Shown here in pieces: positions 45,541-59,889 of a stretch of 64,000 bases of DNA; position 1 is the stretch's first letter; each line of letters starts with the position of its first letter. The stretch lies in NCBI GenBank assembly GCA_964016885.1, contig OZ024742.1, positions 109,430,001-109,494,000 on the forward strand, read 5' to 3'. This DNA is from Eledone cirrhosa. Lineage: Eukaryota. The notes beneath the pieces are model-generated. The model searched no databases. It was not told the origin of the DNA and saw only the letters and a list, made by a program, of their open reading frames with translations. A program made the position numbers and the translations under genes.

Positions 45541-46448
45541 TCGTTTCTGAACTTGTTTAGCAAGATTCTTTATCTGAAAACGTGTGTTGAAACCGATATT
45601 GTTATACTTTGGGAGGGTCATGTTGCCAATAAGAAACACACGCACCAGTTGCTTTCACTTCAATTTATAATAAATTTAGGAATTTATAAATTTCCGGTTG
45701 GTTGGTTGGTTCCACAACCAGATGATTGTTCATATATTGTCAAAGTTCTTTCGTCACACATGCTGTGACCTCTTCAGTGACTGGGGATTCTTTTCTTTGT
45801 TTTTGTGCCTCTCCTTTGTTCTGTCCTACGCCATTTTGTTTCTGTGTGTGTGTTGTGTGCTTAGTTTGCGCATGTGTTACATCCGGGTGTCTGTGTGTGT
45901 TTATATTTGTTTATTTATTTGTTAATTTACATGTTACTGGTTAGTTGGTTGTTCTATGTGTGTGTGTGTGTGTTTTCATTTTGTCCTTAATTGTAAGTTG
46001 TGATGTTGCTGTTCCATTCATGTTTTCTATTTAATTTTGGTTGGAGTTCATTTATGTTTATTGCCTCTGTGATTTGTCTAAACATTGCGTCTTTTCTGTG
46101 TGTAGATTATATTTTTTATTTCTATGTTCTCTAATTTACCCTTATGTTCTATTTTAGCATGTTGGTGGAGTACAGATGATTCTTTACTATCTTGAAGCTC
46201 TCGCCAGTGTTCATTTATCCGTTCATTTATCCGTTCATTTATCCGTTCATTTATCCATTCACTGAAGAGGTCACAGAATGTGTGACGAAAGAACTTTGAC
46301 ATTATATGAACAATCATCTGGTTGTGGAACCAACCAACCAACCGGAAATTTATAAATTCCTAAATTTATAAATTTAATTTATAATAAATTGAAGTAAAAG
46401 CAACTGGTGCCTGCGTTTCTTATTGGCAACATGACCCTCCCAAAGTAT

Positions 46449-46456
<8 letters not shown>
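45541..46456 (-). mobile_element. 5'-truncated Penelope-like element (family A) with an inverted terminal copy
   Basis: Inverted repeats 45596-45780 / 46259-46456; GIY-YIG C-terminal remnant inside; (TA)n flanks. Confidence 0.8.
45987..46232 (-). pseudogene. GIY-YIG endonuclease C-terminal remnant (PLE type)
   Basis: ERINEHWRELQDSKESSVLHQHAKIEHKGKLENIEIK, frameshift, then RQITEAININELQPKLNRKHEWNS. Confidence 0.75.
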
Positions 46457-46544
<88 letters not shown>

Positions 46545-46656
46545 GTGTGTGTGCATGTGTGTGTGCATGTGTGTGTGTTATTGTGTGTGTTATTGTGTGT
46601 GTTATAGTGTGTGGGCGTGTATTTTGGATATTAATATTTAAAAATATACATGCATG

Positions 46657-46709
<53 letters not shown>

Positions 46710-46769
46710 AAATGGTGGAGAGAACAACAAATATTTATGAATACATGTATACATTTAATATATATATAT

Positions 46770-47107
46770 ATATATTGGTAAACGGAATTGAAAATGCTGA
46801 CAAATTGTTCACAGTTGAAAAATGGTTTAATTAGGAATAAAAGAGTATTAGTGATTGTATGGGTTAGTATTCAGTTGTGGTTTTAAGTTTTTAAGTTTTT
46901 ACCGGTTGCGCATTTCTAAATGCTTTTCAAAAATAATTTTGAGAATTATTTTTGAAAAGCATTAAAAACTTAACATAAAAACTTAAAAACTTAAAACCAC
47001 AACTGAATACTAACCCATACAATCACTAATACTCTTTTATTCCTAATTAAACCATTTTTCAACTGTGAACAATTTGTCAGCATTTTCTATTCCGTTTACC
47101 AATATAT
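46770..47107. repeat. ~130-bp-arm palindrome with a nested inner hairpin
   Basis: 46770-46901 mirrors 46976-47107; inner AATGCTTTTCAAAAATAATT..AATTATTTTTGAAAAGCATT. Confidence 0.9.
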
Positions 47108-47137
47108 AATAACTTGTGTGTTACACCTCTATTCTTT

Positions 47138-47217
<80 letters not shown>

Positions 47218-47340
47218 AAGAAATTAAAAGATGGTTAAAAAAGATCCATGTATTTTATTATGCGCATTTCAATAAACTGTTGAGTGCTACTTATCCAATA
47301 TTTGCATTGCTTTATTGTTCTACAATAAAACTCACCTCCT

Positions 47341-47405
<65 letters not shown>

Positions 47406-47918
47406 CATAGATATACTTATATGAGTAAATGTGTGTGCCTTATATATATATATGTTGTGTGTATATATATACGTGTATATATATATATATTGTGCGTGTC
47501 TGAAGAAAATTTAAGAGCTGAGAATAGGCGACACAACCACACAGCCAGGCAACAGTGACATCACACTACATCATCACACAGTCACATTTGAGTTGAACGA
47601 GATATGAGCCATCAAAGAACTGACGGAATGAACCTACATGAAAAACTAATTCAGAAAGTGGGAAACTGCACATAGCGCTATAAAGCTGAAGGATTAGAGA
47701 TTAGGTGGGAGGTTAGCTGAGGTGGAGGAAAGAGTGATGCCTAAGACAGGCAGGGAGAAAAGGAGAAGTGGAGAAGGAGAGAGAGTAATGCCAAGGATAG
47801 ATAAGGAGGTGGCGGAATACCAATGAGAAAAGGAGACAAACGCGAACTTCTTCGTCTCTTACATACATATATATGTGTGTGTGTGTGTCTGTGTCTGTGT
47901 ATATACGTGTGTGTGTGT

Positions 47919-47957
<39 letters not shown>

Positions 47958-48166
47958 TCTGAGTGTCTGTGTGTGTGTCTGTGTGTGTGTCTGTGTGTCT
48001 GTGTGTGTGTCTGTGTGTGTGTCTGTGTGTCTGTGTGTGTGTCTGTGTGTCTGTATGTATATATATATACATGTGTGTGTGTCTAAAAGCAATAACAAAA
48101 ATAGTAAAGCAAACGGCACAGTACGTGGAAGAAATATATTAGTTTAACGCTTGAAATAGCAGGAAG

Positions 48167-48202
48167 TCTTAAAGTTTTGGACGCTAGTCCCTCATCAGAA
48201 GA
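48167..48202 (-). ncRNA. Decayed hammerhead of the 32644 family
   Basis: Reverse strand TCTT-CTGATGA-gGGAC tagc GTCC-AAAA-CTTT-AAGA (G12 lost). Confidence 0.55.
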
Positions 48203-48547
48203 TAGAGTTAGAAATCGAAGATAAATAGAAAGTAAAGAGTGAGAAAAGAAAATGGTGAGAAGAAATGGGTTGCGAGGTCACTGGTGCCAAGCTGTATCGG
48301 TGGCGTGGAGAGGCTGGTATGCATGGGCGACTGCTGGTCTTCCTCAAACAACCTTGCCCGGACTTGTGCCTCAGGGGGAAACTTTCTAGGTGCAAATCAC
48401 ATGGTCATTTGTCACCGAAGGGGGTCCTCGATGTACGTATGGGTTATATCGAACATTAATAATAATATTCGATTCGTTTGTAAACAAACGGCCTGATTAA
48501 AGGTGTGCCGATGACAAATTGTCATCCGTTTGTTCAACATTGAGGAA

Positions 48548-48588
48548 CAATCAACATGTTTCTGGGACATTACCCTTCATCAGAATAG
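48548..48588 (-). ncRNA. Minimal hammerhead motif
   Basis: Reverse strand CTATT-CTGATGA-aGGG taatgt CCCa-GAAA-CATG-T-T-GATTG; palindromic ACATGT stem III. Confidence 0.65.
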
Positions 48589-48763
48589 TATACCTCTCTG
48601 CCAATCTGTTGAACATTAAAAATATATAGTATTTCCTTAAGTACACATTGGCTGAGTAGCATTATTTGCATACCGAGCGAGCTAGGGCTGACCATGCCGA
48701 AAACTAAAAATAAAATTAGAATTTTATTTCTGTTTGTTTACAAGCGAATTGAATATTATTATT

Positions 48764-48950
48764 AAGGGCAGTGGATTGGCAGTATCGGTAGAGTGTCGGA
48801 CGCCATGCTTTCCAGCATAGTTACGTCCCTTTACGATCTGAGTTCAAATCCCGCCGAGGTTGACTTTGCCTTTCATCCTTACGGGGTCGATAAAATAAAG
48901 TACCAGTAATGCACTGGGTAATTGCTGGCCTTGTGCCTAAAGTAGAAACA
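48764..48950 (+). mobile_element. tRNA-derived SINE family 1, full length
   Basis: A-box TGGCAGTATCGG, B-box GAGTTCAAATCCC, Nin/Deu-like core, ATTATT target-site duplication. Confidence 0.93.
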
Positions 48951-49008
48951 ATTATTAATGTTCGATATAACGGATACGTACATATTTATATGTATATATA
49001 TATGAGTG

Positions 49009-49076
<68 letters not shown>

Positions 49077-49127
49077 TAGGCATACTTACATTTATGTATC
49101 AGCTGTGCAAGGGCGAGAAATAATAAT

Positions 49128-49212
49128 TTTTTTAAATCTGAAAACGTGTGTTGAAACAGATATCGTTATACTTTGGGAGAGTCATGCTTCCAATAACAAA
49201 CCCACGCACCTC
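49128..49212 (-). mobile_element. PLE family A terminal fragment
   Basis: CTGAAAACGTGTGTTGAAACAGATATCGTTATACTTTGGGAG. Confidence 0.65.
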
Positions 49213-49423
49213 TTGTGGGGGTAGGGGGTATAGGGGGTATATATACATGAGGAGAAGAAACAAAGAAATCATTCTCTGAAGAAAAGTAACTCGGTAGAAT
49301 TACTTTTCGATATAAACTTCACAACTGTTTTCGATATAAACTTCACAATTCCCACTTTATTGGTGTCCATGGTAATTGATACTCAGATACGAGTGAGTAT
49401 CGAGTTTAGTGATCGATTCTAAA

Positions 49424-49690
49424 GCACGTGGCTTGGTTGTTAAAGTATTCAGTTCACAATGTTTCTTTGCGCATGACATTTTGTTTAACGTCGCTCCTGT
49501 CCACTCAGCTGATAAAAATGAGTTGTACTAGCATTTCAATTGGCCAGCCATGTGTATCGTGTATCTCCTTGTGACCTATGTTAAAGTGCAAGTGTCTGTA
49601 GAATGCTCAGGCACCTGTACGCTAATTTCACAAGCAGACTGTTCCTTTGGTCGAATCAACTGAGATACTCATCGTCTGAATCGACGGAGG
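49424..49690 (+). mobile_element. SINE family 2
   Basis: GCACGTGGCTTGGTTGTTAAAGTATTCAG head plus shared body. Confidence 0.55.
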
Positions 49691-49764
49691 TGCAATACAC
49701 ACTACACACACTTGTATGTTTATTTTATATAAACATATTGTATATACTTTCATGTGCACCTCTA

Positions 49765-51175
<1,411 letters not shown>

Positions 51176-52129
51176 TATCAATCGATCCAGCCAGTATATT
51201 GCTGACATCCATAGAGACTAATTACTTTGTTACTATGTAATAATTATGATGAATAACAATTGGCAACTCCCCGATTCTGCCACCACCACCACCACCACCA
51301 CCACCACCAGGCTAATTCCTACCTGCTTATATAATACTATATCCCTTTCTCTCCGACTATTAATGGTCAAGTTTAGTGTTGACTATATGTGGTCTGAATG
51401 TCAGCTAAACTTGTTTAAGTCGTTATTCAAGACAAGAACCACAGGACTAAACTTGTAACACCTTCTAATACCAAACCACCTGAAACCACCGCTAGTTCAA
51501 TGAAACAAAAAGTTTATATCAATTAAAAAACCTTCCATCATAATTTTATGTAAGTAGCTTTGTTAAACACAAGCTGAATAATGAGAAAATTAGTTATATT
51601 ACTAAATCCCTCCAAATTCTTGATTATTTTCAAAATTATTTTTAAAATCATAGGCAGTGTCTTTCACTATAAATATGGTAACGAAAGGGTTAATTCGAAC
51701 ATGTATGAAATAATTTTTATAGTACTGGTTTCCAAACTTTGTCATGGAGCCCTTATACGCTTTAAAAAGAATTGCGTGACCCATGCTTACATTTAACGGA
51801 CAATTCCCACTATTTTAATTTTAATAAAACATTAAATGAAACAAAAATTGCTTTAGAGAGAACATTTATTCATATTAGAAAATACATATAATACATTATA
51901 TTTCACGTTGCTCTAGTTCACTCAGCTGGAAATTGATTGTACTGAGTTCTACCAGTAATTAAAAGGGACAGCTTCATAACACAGAGTGTCACGCGAAATA
52001 TACCTAAGAACTACGGTAAAGAATACACGTGTCAGTGGAATACTCAGCCACGTTTACGTTAATTTCATGAACAGGTTATTCCGTAGGTCGATTACGTGGA
52101 ACACTTATCATGGAAGATTCCAGTCTAAC

Positions 52130-52375
52130 TGCTTTCTATAACTGAAAGGTTAGGGAGTAAGTTCCGTGATCCAATAAAGCAGATTGTTTTAGCAGTTTTA
52201 TAACAACAGGAAGGTTAGGGCAACATTCCGTTGATCCAATGATTCAGGCTGTATTAGCAGCAGTTTTCCAACTGAAATTTTAGGGAAAAGTTCCGATGAT
52301 CCACTAAATCTGGTTTTATCAGCAGCAGTTTTATAACAAGAGGAAGGTTAGGGAGTGTGTTCCGTAGATCCAATA
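52130..52375. repeat. Degenerate ~55-65-bp tandem repeat
   Basis: Four units of CAGTTTTATAAC..AAGGTTAGGG..TTCCG..GATCCAAT. Confidence 0.75.
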
Positions 52376-52590
52376 ACATGAAAAGGATGACGAAACAGTG
52401 GAATGCTAAATATGTCAATGATGTGTTACATTTCAGCATGAAGCAGCAATGGCAGCCAGCCAGCGGGTTTGGGAGACACAAAAAATATAAAATAAGCGGA
52501 AGTTACTTTAGTTAATAATAAAACTAGCGCTGACTCTATAAATTGATGTGAAATGTGTCATCAACTCTGGTTACAATGTTCTGAAATATG

Positions 52591-52631
<41 letters not shown>

Positions 52632-52728
52632 TGTTTGTGAGTTTGTGAGATGTTTTGTGTCGGAACTCCTCCGTCGGTTCCGATTATGAATGTTCCAACT
52701 GTTTGAACAGGCTGCTTGTATATATATA

Positions 52729-52817
<89 letters not shown>

Positions 52818-54064
52818 ACACATTCGCGCACACATACACACACACACATCTATATATACATATTTCTTATAGAAATTATTTTTACAGGATTAGAACTGTT
52901 TCATTCGTTTGAAATAAGTATGAATCTTCTCTACCAATGTATTGAGTATCTTAGTTAACTGTGATATCTTCCTGAATGTCAACAACAACAACTACGAAAA
53001 AGCTTCGAAGTTGCTCAATGTGCTAGTAATAGCCATGAAATCTCCCTTAAATCTCAACCTTAATATCTTATTAAAAATGGAAAACAAACAGTAAATATTG
53101 TTGTCCAGCATTTCCGTAAAAATGACAGGATGGTCACAGCTTAAATGCCTTTCATCCTATCTGTGCTCAACCTGGGGTTAAACAATACCAATAACAGTAA
53201 TGATAACAATTACTCGGGTAGAGATGAAAATCTTAAATATCCTCCGCAGGTTTTAATGAAAATTATACCTTTGTCCTGGTTTCGGGTCATAAAGCGGGTG
53301 AATCTTCTCCTTCCCCTGGAGAAGACGCCAATGTATTAAAAGTGACCTTCCCAGAGTTCCAGTATATACTTTTCAAAGGCGACTCACAGAATTAAATAGC
53401 CCTGCCTAAATGTATAGCAAGACTTTTGTGGTGTATTCCGACGAATGAATTATGAACTATCAATTCCATAGTTTAGTAATTAATATCTTAATAAGTATTC
53501 CCTATTGATTTAGCAAAGAGAAATTCAAGTTTATAAGGCCTTCTATCCTCACAACATCGTTCCCTCTGAGCTGCGTAGGTTCTCGAAGACAGCCACCGTA
53601 TTGGTGTTACGTAGATCAAAATGTTGCCTTTCAGTAGCTTTGAAATCTTGCCACGTAGTACCTATGAAATCATCAACCGTTCCGCTCAGTGGTTGGGGAA
53701 TATTAAAGGCAAGGTTGCCTACCACTGACGGATATACGATTCATAATAAGAATCACTAGAGAAGTTAACTAAATTACCGATAGATCTCATGTTACCAACA
53801 AGCATGCATAACCTAATTAATTATACATTAAATGTGTGTCTGAATCCGGTTGCAATTTCACTTTTATAACAGGTTTTAGTGGCCGACTTCATTAGAAATA
53901 AATGGGTTGAGTCACAGGAAGCTACTGTCAGTTTAGAAAAATGTATCCCAAACTTTATTGGCTCATCTAGGTCACTACTGCAAACGGATCTCCGTCGATT
54001 TCAACGAGTGGTATTTTGATTGTTCAATTAACAGAATGGTCTGCTCGTTGATTATATATATATA

Positions 54065-54150
54065 ACTCTGTGTTCAAATCCCACCGAGGCCAACTTTGCT
54101 TTCGTGATCGCTACTCCAATTCTAGAGTCAACTCTCTCTCTCTCTCTCTC

Positions 54151-54197
<47 letters not shown>

Positions 54198-54262
54198 GAC
54201 CCTAGTATTGGAGGAGCGACCACGAAAGCAAAGTTGACCTCGGCAGGATTTGAACACAAAGT
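54065..54262. repeat. Fold-back of SINE-like sequence around (CT)n(AG)n
   Basis: GTGTTCAAATCC..AACTTTGCTTTCGTG mirrored by CACGAAAGCAAAGTT..GGATTTGAACAC. Confidence 0.85.
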
Positions 54263-55202
54263 ACAGCAGATACACTAAGCGAAGACCACTGCAAAGCATC
54301 TAACGACTCTGCCATTTCGCTGCCTTTGTGTTGCGTTAGGTTGGTGTTAAATTGTTGTTAAGTGTTGGTAATTGACAGCAGTGGAATTGTCGTTCACCTA
54401 TAACAAGGTATAATGCGAATGAGAATTAATCTGTTTATTCATTCTATTTCACGTAGTTTATTCCTGTCCTTTATTAAAATTGATTATTTATTTTTTAATT
54501 ATCTTTTGATTTAGACATTTTTGTGGGGGTTTTTATTTGTTTGTTGTTGTTACGATAGACCTAAATAGACTCACTAGATATTGCTCTGACGTATTGATAA
54601 TGATTACTTCAAATTTGGTTTTATCTGTGGTTTGCGAAAAATGTGAACTTTGGAAGTTTCATTTGTGGTTTTGGCTACGTATGTCAAAATAGATTTATTG
54701 AGGAAACAATTATACTATGGCATCAATACTAATTGTTTGCTTATCGACTGCAAACTTTCTTCTATATGATAATTTTATGTCTAGCATTAATTTTAATTAC
54801 TATTTTGGTAATTTATTTTCTAATTATTTCTCTATAATTCGGTTTCGTTAAAAAAGTCTAAAAAAATATGTTTGACCTTATGGCATTTTTCTTGCATATG
54901 CATAGTTAGACACATTGAAAGGTTAGTGAATGTCTGCTTAATGAAGTAATTATTTTAAAGCTGACAGCTTCTATTTTTACACGTAAAGTTATGTCACATT
55001 TAGTAACAGTCAACGCCCGACTAGACTTCAGAGTAAAGAAACTACTGGTCATTATACCATTCTTTTTAATCTATTATTTGACTGGTTTCATTCATTAGAC
55101 TGCAGCCATGCTATGACACCGCCTTGATTTAGTCACTCATATCAACCTTACTAAACCTTTTTTTAAAGTCTGATGTTTAATTGATCCTTTTTTTCTCGAA
55201 CA

Positions 55203-55369
55203 GCAAATTCTTTATATGATTGTTATAGTCTGTGTGTGGAGAAATGATATAAGCATTAAAAATAGTGCAAGCATTATAAATATTAAAAATATTTATAATG
55301 CTTGCACTATTTTTAATGCTTATATCATTTCTCCACACACAGACTATAACAATCATATAAAGAATTTGC
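55203..55369. repeat. Perfect 82-bp-arm palindrome with a 3-nt loop
   Basis: Arms 55203-55284 / 55288-55369. Confidence 0.95.
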
Positions 55370-55933
55370 CACCAGATCAACCAACCTAACACTCTTGTTT
55401 ACCTACCTAAGTTCTTCTACTACACGTAACTCTCTGCCACACTATATAAACAAGACGCACGTGCTTGCCACACATATAACATTTGCACTATATAACCGCT
55501 TATTTTCATGTTGTATTTTAACCTGTATTTTTGATTGTATCTTTTAATATGAATGTAATCTCTAAGTGTGTACTGCCACTCTAAATGCTGTAATGAATGT
55601 TGACCCACAATATTTGCATATGTATCTGTATGTCTCTTGGGTGAAAAGGATGTCATATAAGTGTTCATTCATTAATAAATTGCTCCGAAGAATCCAAACC
55701 TCGGTTTGGAGGAAACAGTTGTAAGCACAAAAATGTTTTGAACAGTTCTTTGATTCTTATATTTCATATAACTGCTCTGTAAATCATCTGATGTTTTTAC
55801 ATTGAGCTACTTAACTTACTGGTAATAAGGTAGTAATATATTACTGCCTACCACTATTTAGGGTTTGTATAAAATAAATATATATAACTGCAAAAGGTTT
55901 TTGTATTTACATAACCATAAGTAGTATAATTAA

Positions 55934-55988
<55 letters not shown>

Positions 55989-56388
55989 CATACGTATATA
56001 TACTGGTTGTCTGCTCAATACAAATCTTGACCACTTCAGTCTACATGATACTCAGTTCTGGCATAAGATCTTATATTGTTTTTTTTTAGACTAGACCTAC
56101 TTTTAAAAAGCTGCACACAAATTACACATTAGTTTTGGTGCTGCTTGAACTGCCTGTGTATCTTGATAAACTGTGAAATGTCTCTTTTGACCTCCTTGAG
56201 ATTTGCAGATATTGTGGCATATGTGGCGTTGATAAGGGTAAACTGGTTTGTATATTTTATAGTCAGGAGGAAGTGCACTATCCTATACATAGCATTATGT
56301 GAGATGGAAGTCTAGCCTCTGACAGGCAGATTCTACCACAAACTCTACAAGCAGAAAAAGTTCCATTAATTTCATATTCCCTTACTGG

Positions 56389-56476
<88 letters not shown>

Positions 56477-56550
56477 TCCTCTTAGTATCTACTTGCATCA
56501 GTCTGTTTTGCCCAAATGTTTTTACACCATTCCAGATTTTTCAATGTGAC

Positions 56551-57341
56551 AACATCGAAGATGTCACCCATGTCAAGCAACTGTCCAAAGATGTAATCAC
56601 GGTACTATCTATCTATGAGGCATGATGTAGTGGCCAAAACACTATATAATGCAATCCGTAGAAAAGATAGCCCCAACAATAAATATATTAAAAGTTGTGG
56701 AAGACATATACATACATAATATGAAAGAGTATTGGTGGAATGTTCCAGTCAAAACCCTCAATAAATTGCCAGCATAACATACCAGATATAATGCTATGGG
56801 ACAGGGAAAAGAAGGCATGCACAGTAGTGGAAGTTAGCTGCCCAGCAGATGCCAATATGATATTAAAGATTAGCAAAGAGGAGAATATGTATGCAGAACT
56901 ATTGAGGAATCTGCAGATACTCCACCCTGACTATACCTTCAGCTGTATACCTGTGATTATTGGGGCACTGGGATATGTTCGTAACTGCCTCAATACAAAT
57001 TTTGAGGAGCTCGGATTCACAGAACCAGAAAGAACGCGACTAGTTAGGAAATTACAAGTACAAGCCATTAATGGAACAGTAAAAATATGTAAAACATTCC
57101 AAAACGTCTGCATGTAATAACTGCATGTACACTTGTAAAGATACAAAACATAGGCACATGCACATGCACATATAACTCAAAACATCCACATCCACACATA
57201 CAATAACATCCATACCTGTACACATGCATACATATCTACCTAGTTGATGTTGTGTAAATTCCAATGAGAGAGTCTTGTGTCTGTTAGAAAATGACTCTCT
57301 CCCTATTGGTAAACATTTATAAAATTATAAAACCAGAAGAA
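56551..57341 (+). mobile_element. Older 5'-truncated R4/Dong-like copy
   Basis: Homologous to 11770-12565 (PDIMLWDREKK..EVSCPAD); ends in CCAGAAGAA followed by a CATA-like tract. Confidence 0.9.
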
Positions 57342-57706
57342 CATAAATACATACATACATACATACATAACATACCATAACATAACATAGAGAAATACAT
57401 TCAAAAGAACATACAGAGGTACGCACATATATACACACATATATATATGTATATATATACGTGCACTGGTGTACATATATGTGTGTAAGTGTTGGCATGT
57501 GTACGGGTTCGTAGGTGTGCTTGTGTCTTTGTGTGTATATGTGCTTAAGTCAACGTCAATTCAGTTAGTCTTAACAACAAAACAACGACAACAACTACAG
57601 CAACAACAGCTATCAACAACTTCACTATTAGTATCATCCAGTAATCGAAAAATCGGGCCTGGAGCAAATAATATCAACAACTAGAATCAATAGTCAATGA
57701 TAATGA

Positions 57707-58127
57707 TAATTGTTTCTGATTTAGGCACAAGGCCAACAATTTTAAGGGAGATGGAAGTCGATTAAATCGATTCCAGTGTATTACTGGTGCTTTATTTTAT
57801 CGATCCCGTAAGGAGGTAAGGCAAAGCCAATCTCGGCGGGATTTGAACTCAGAACGCAAAGAGCCATAACTCTATGCTGCAAAGTATTGTGTCTGACGCT
57901 CTATTGATACTGCCAATCCACCGCCCAATAATAATAATAATAATTTGTACTATAGGCACAAGGGCAGCAATTTGGAGAGGGGATAGTCGATTAAATCGAC
58001 CCCAGTGCATTACTGGTATTAGTAAAGCTAACCTCGGCGGGATTTGAACTCAGAACGTGAAGAGCCGTAACTATATGCCACAAGGCATGTTGTCCGTCGC
58101 TCACTTGATTCTACCAATCCACCACCT
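57707..58127 (-). mobile_element. Two tandem SINE family 1 copies (57707-57926 and 57940-58127)
   Basis: Reverse-strand B-boxes and heads; (ATT)n tails. Confidence 0.88.
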
Positions 58128-58214
58128 TAATATATTATATATTCTTCCCCTTCCCCCACTATTATTTCTACTCTATCTCTTACTCTCTTACTTACTTATC
58201 CTTTCTATTCTCAA

Positions 58215-58284
<70 letters not shown>

Positions 58285-58710
58285 CACTTTCTCCACACAA
58301 ATATATACAAACACAATATATACAGACATATAAACACACACTTACAATCTCTCTCTCTCTCTCTCTCTCTCCGTCAAAATAAACTACATATTAAACTCCA
58401 TTCGTCACATTTTCAACGGAGCCATTCTCCTTCGAGTATGATATGTTATATAATATAACAATATATAATATATTATATAATATTATAATATATTATATAA
58501 TATAACAATATATAATATATTATATAATAATATAATATATTATATTATACTATACTATATGAAATATTACAATATATCATAATATATATTATATTATATA
58601 ATAATATAGTTATTTCAGCTTTGTAATTTATATTTTATTTTTTACACTATTTATATTTATATCTATTTCCATTATTTAATTCACTTTTTTTCTCTCTTCT
58701 TACATCTCAC

Positions 58711-58749
<39 letters not shown>

Positions 58750-59216
58750 CTCTCTCTCATTATCTCTCCCTCTCTGTCATTCTCTCTCTCTTTTTCTCTC
58801 TCTCTCTCTCTGCCATTCTTTCCCGGTCTCTCTCTATTTCTCTCTCTCTCCCTCTCTCTTTCTCTGTACAGATATATATATCACTATCTCACTATATATC
58901 TAGCATTCTATCGCCCTCCATCGTTACCTTGCCTCATTCGTGTATTTATATTCATTTTTCCATTCATGACGTCTGATTATCACTGAATGATAGAGTAAAG
59001 AGAGCAAGATGAGAACAAAGAGGAGACAAGGGAGAGCAAGAACAATCATTGAGAAGGTCGCGGAATGTGTGACCAAAGACCTTTGATAATTAATAATTAA
59101 ACAACCACATGGTTACTAAACTAAACGATGAATGGATAGTTACTTATCTAATAATAAACAGATGCTTTTAAGGCATATAAGCCTTAAATTGTTCCTCAAT
59201 CAGTACCGAGTGAATA

Positions 59217-59263
59217 AATCTCACCGATGATGGATAAACATCCAGAAACGTGCGTCTGACATT
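59217..59263 (+). ncRNA. Hammerhead motif with U4C variant core
   Basis: AATCTCA-CCGATGA-TGGAT aaac ATCCA-GAAA-CG tg CG-T-C-TGACATT; GUC triplet; 6 of 7 bp in stem I. Confidence 0.7.
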
Positions 59264-59786
59264 CTCACCGGCTACTGAGATAGCTGTGACATGATCACGG
59301 CTTAAAATATCCAAAGCCAATTGCGTTTATTATATATGAACTTATCATATATGTCTTTCATATACACCCCTATTATAAACATGGTATAAATTTACCATAT
59401 TCCGCGCACAACCACCTCTATTACGAATAACGTATAGTGTACACCCTGGGTACATGTTTGCGTGTTCCCATATTCAAATCGTGTCTCATTGACCGGAGCC
59501 ATGATTATTATGATTCCTATGGCTTCGCTAACAATATGTGTGTGTGTGTATATATATATATACGTGTGTATGTGTGCAATGTGTGTGTGTGTGCATTTCC
59601 CTTAACAACAACAACACCAACACCACACGAACCAACAACACCAACAAACGGTAAAACCCACATATACTTACATACACGAACATATAGTCTCACCCTCTCA
59701 CTCTTTCTCACTCTTTCTCACTCTCTCTCCTCTTCACGCATTCTCTATCTCTTATTCAAACACACACACACACACTCACACACACG

Positions 59787-59850
<64 letters not shown>

Positions 59851-59889
59851 CCACATACAATAAAACTTTCAAAAATATATAAAAATTAG

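Larger units (their letters stand above)
48431..48983. repeat. Inverted repeat pair, right arm split by a SINE
   Basis: 48431-48489 mirrors 48732-48763 plus 48951-48983; related sequence at 63964-64000. Confidence 0.8.

Noticed and set aside
48764-48860. Possible tRNA genes (A/B boxes)
   Set aside because: Heads of multi-copy SINEs; no cloverleaf
49276-49315. CTGAAGA plus hairpin as a hammerhead
   Set aside because: GAAA replaced by GATA, no stem I or III; at best a relic
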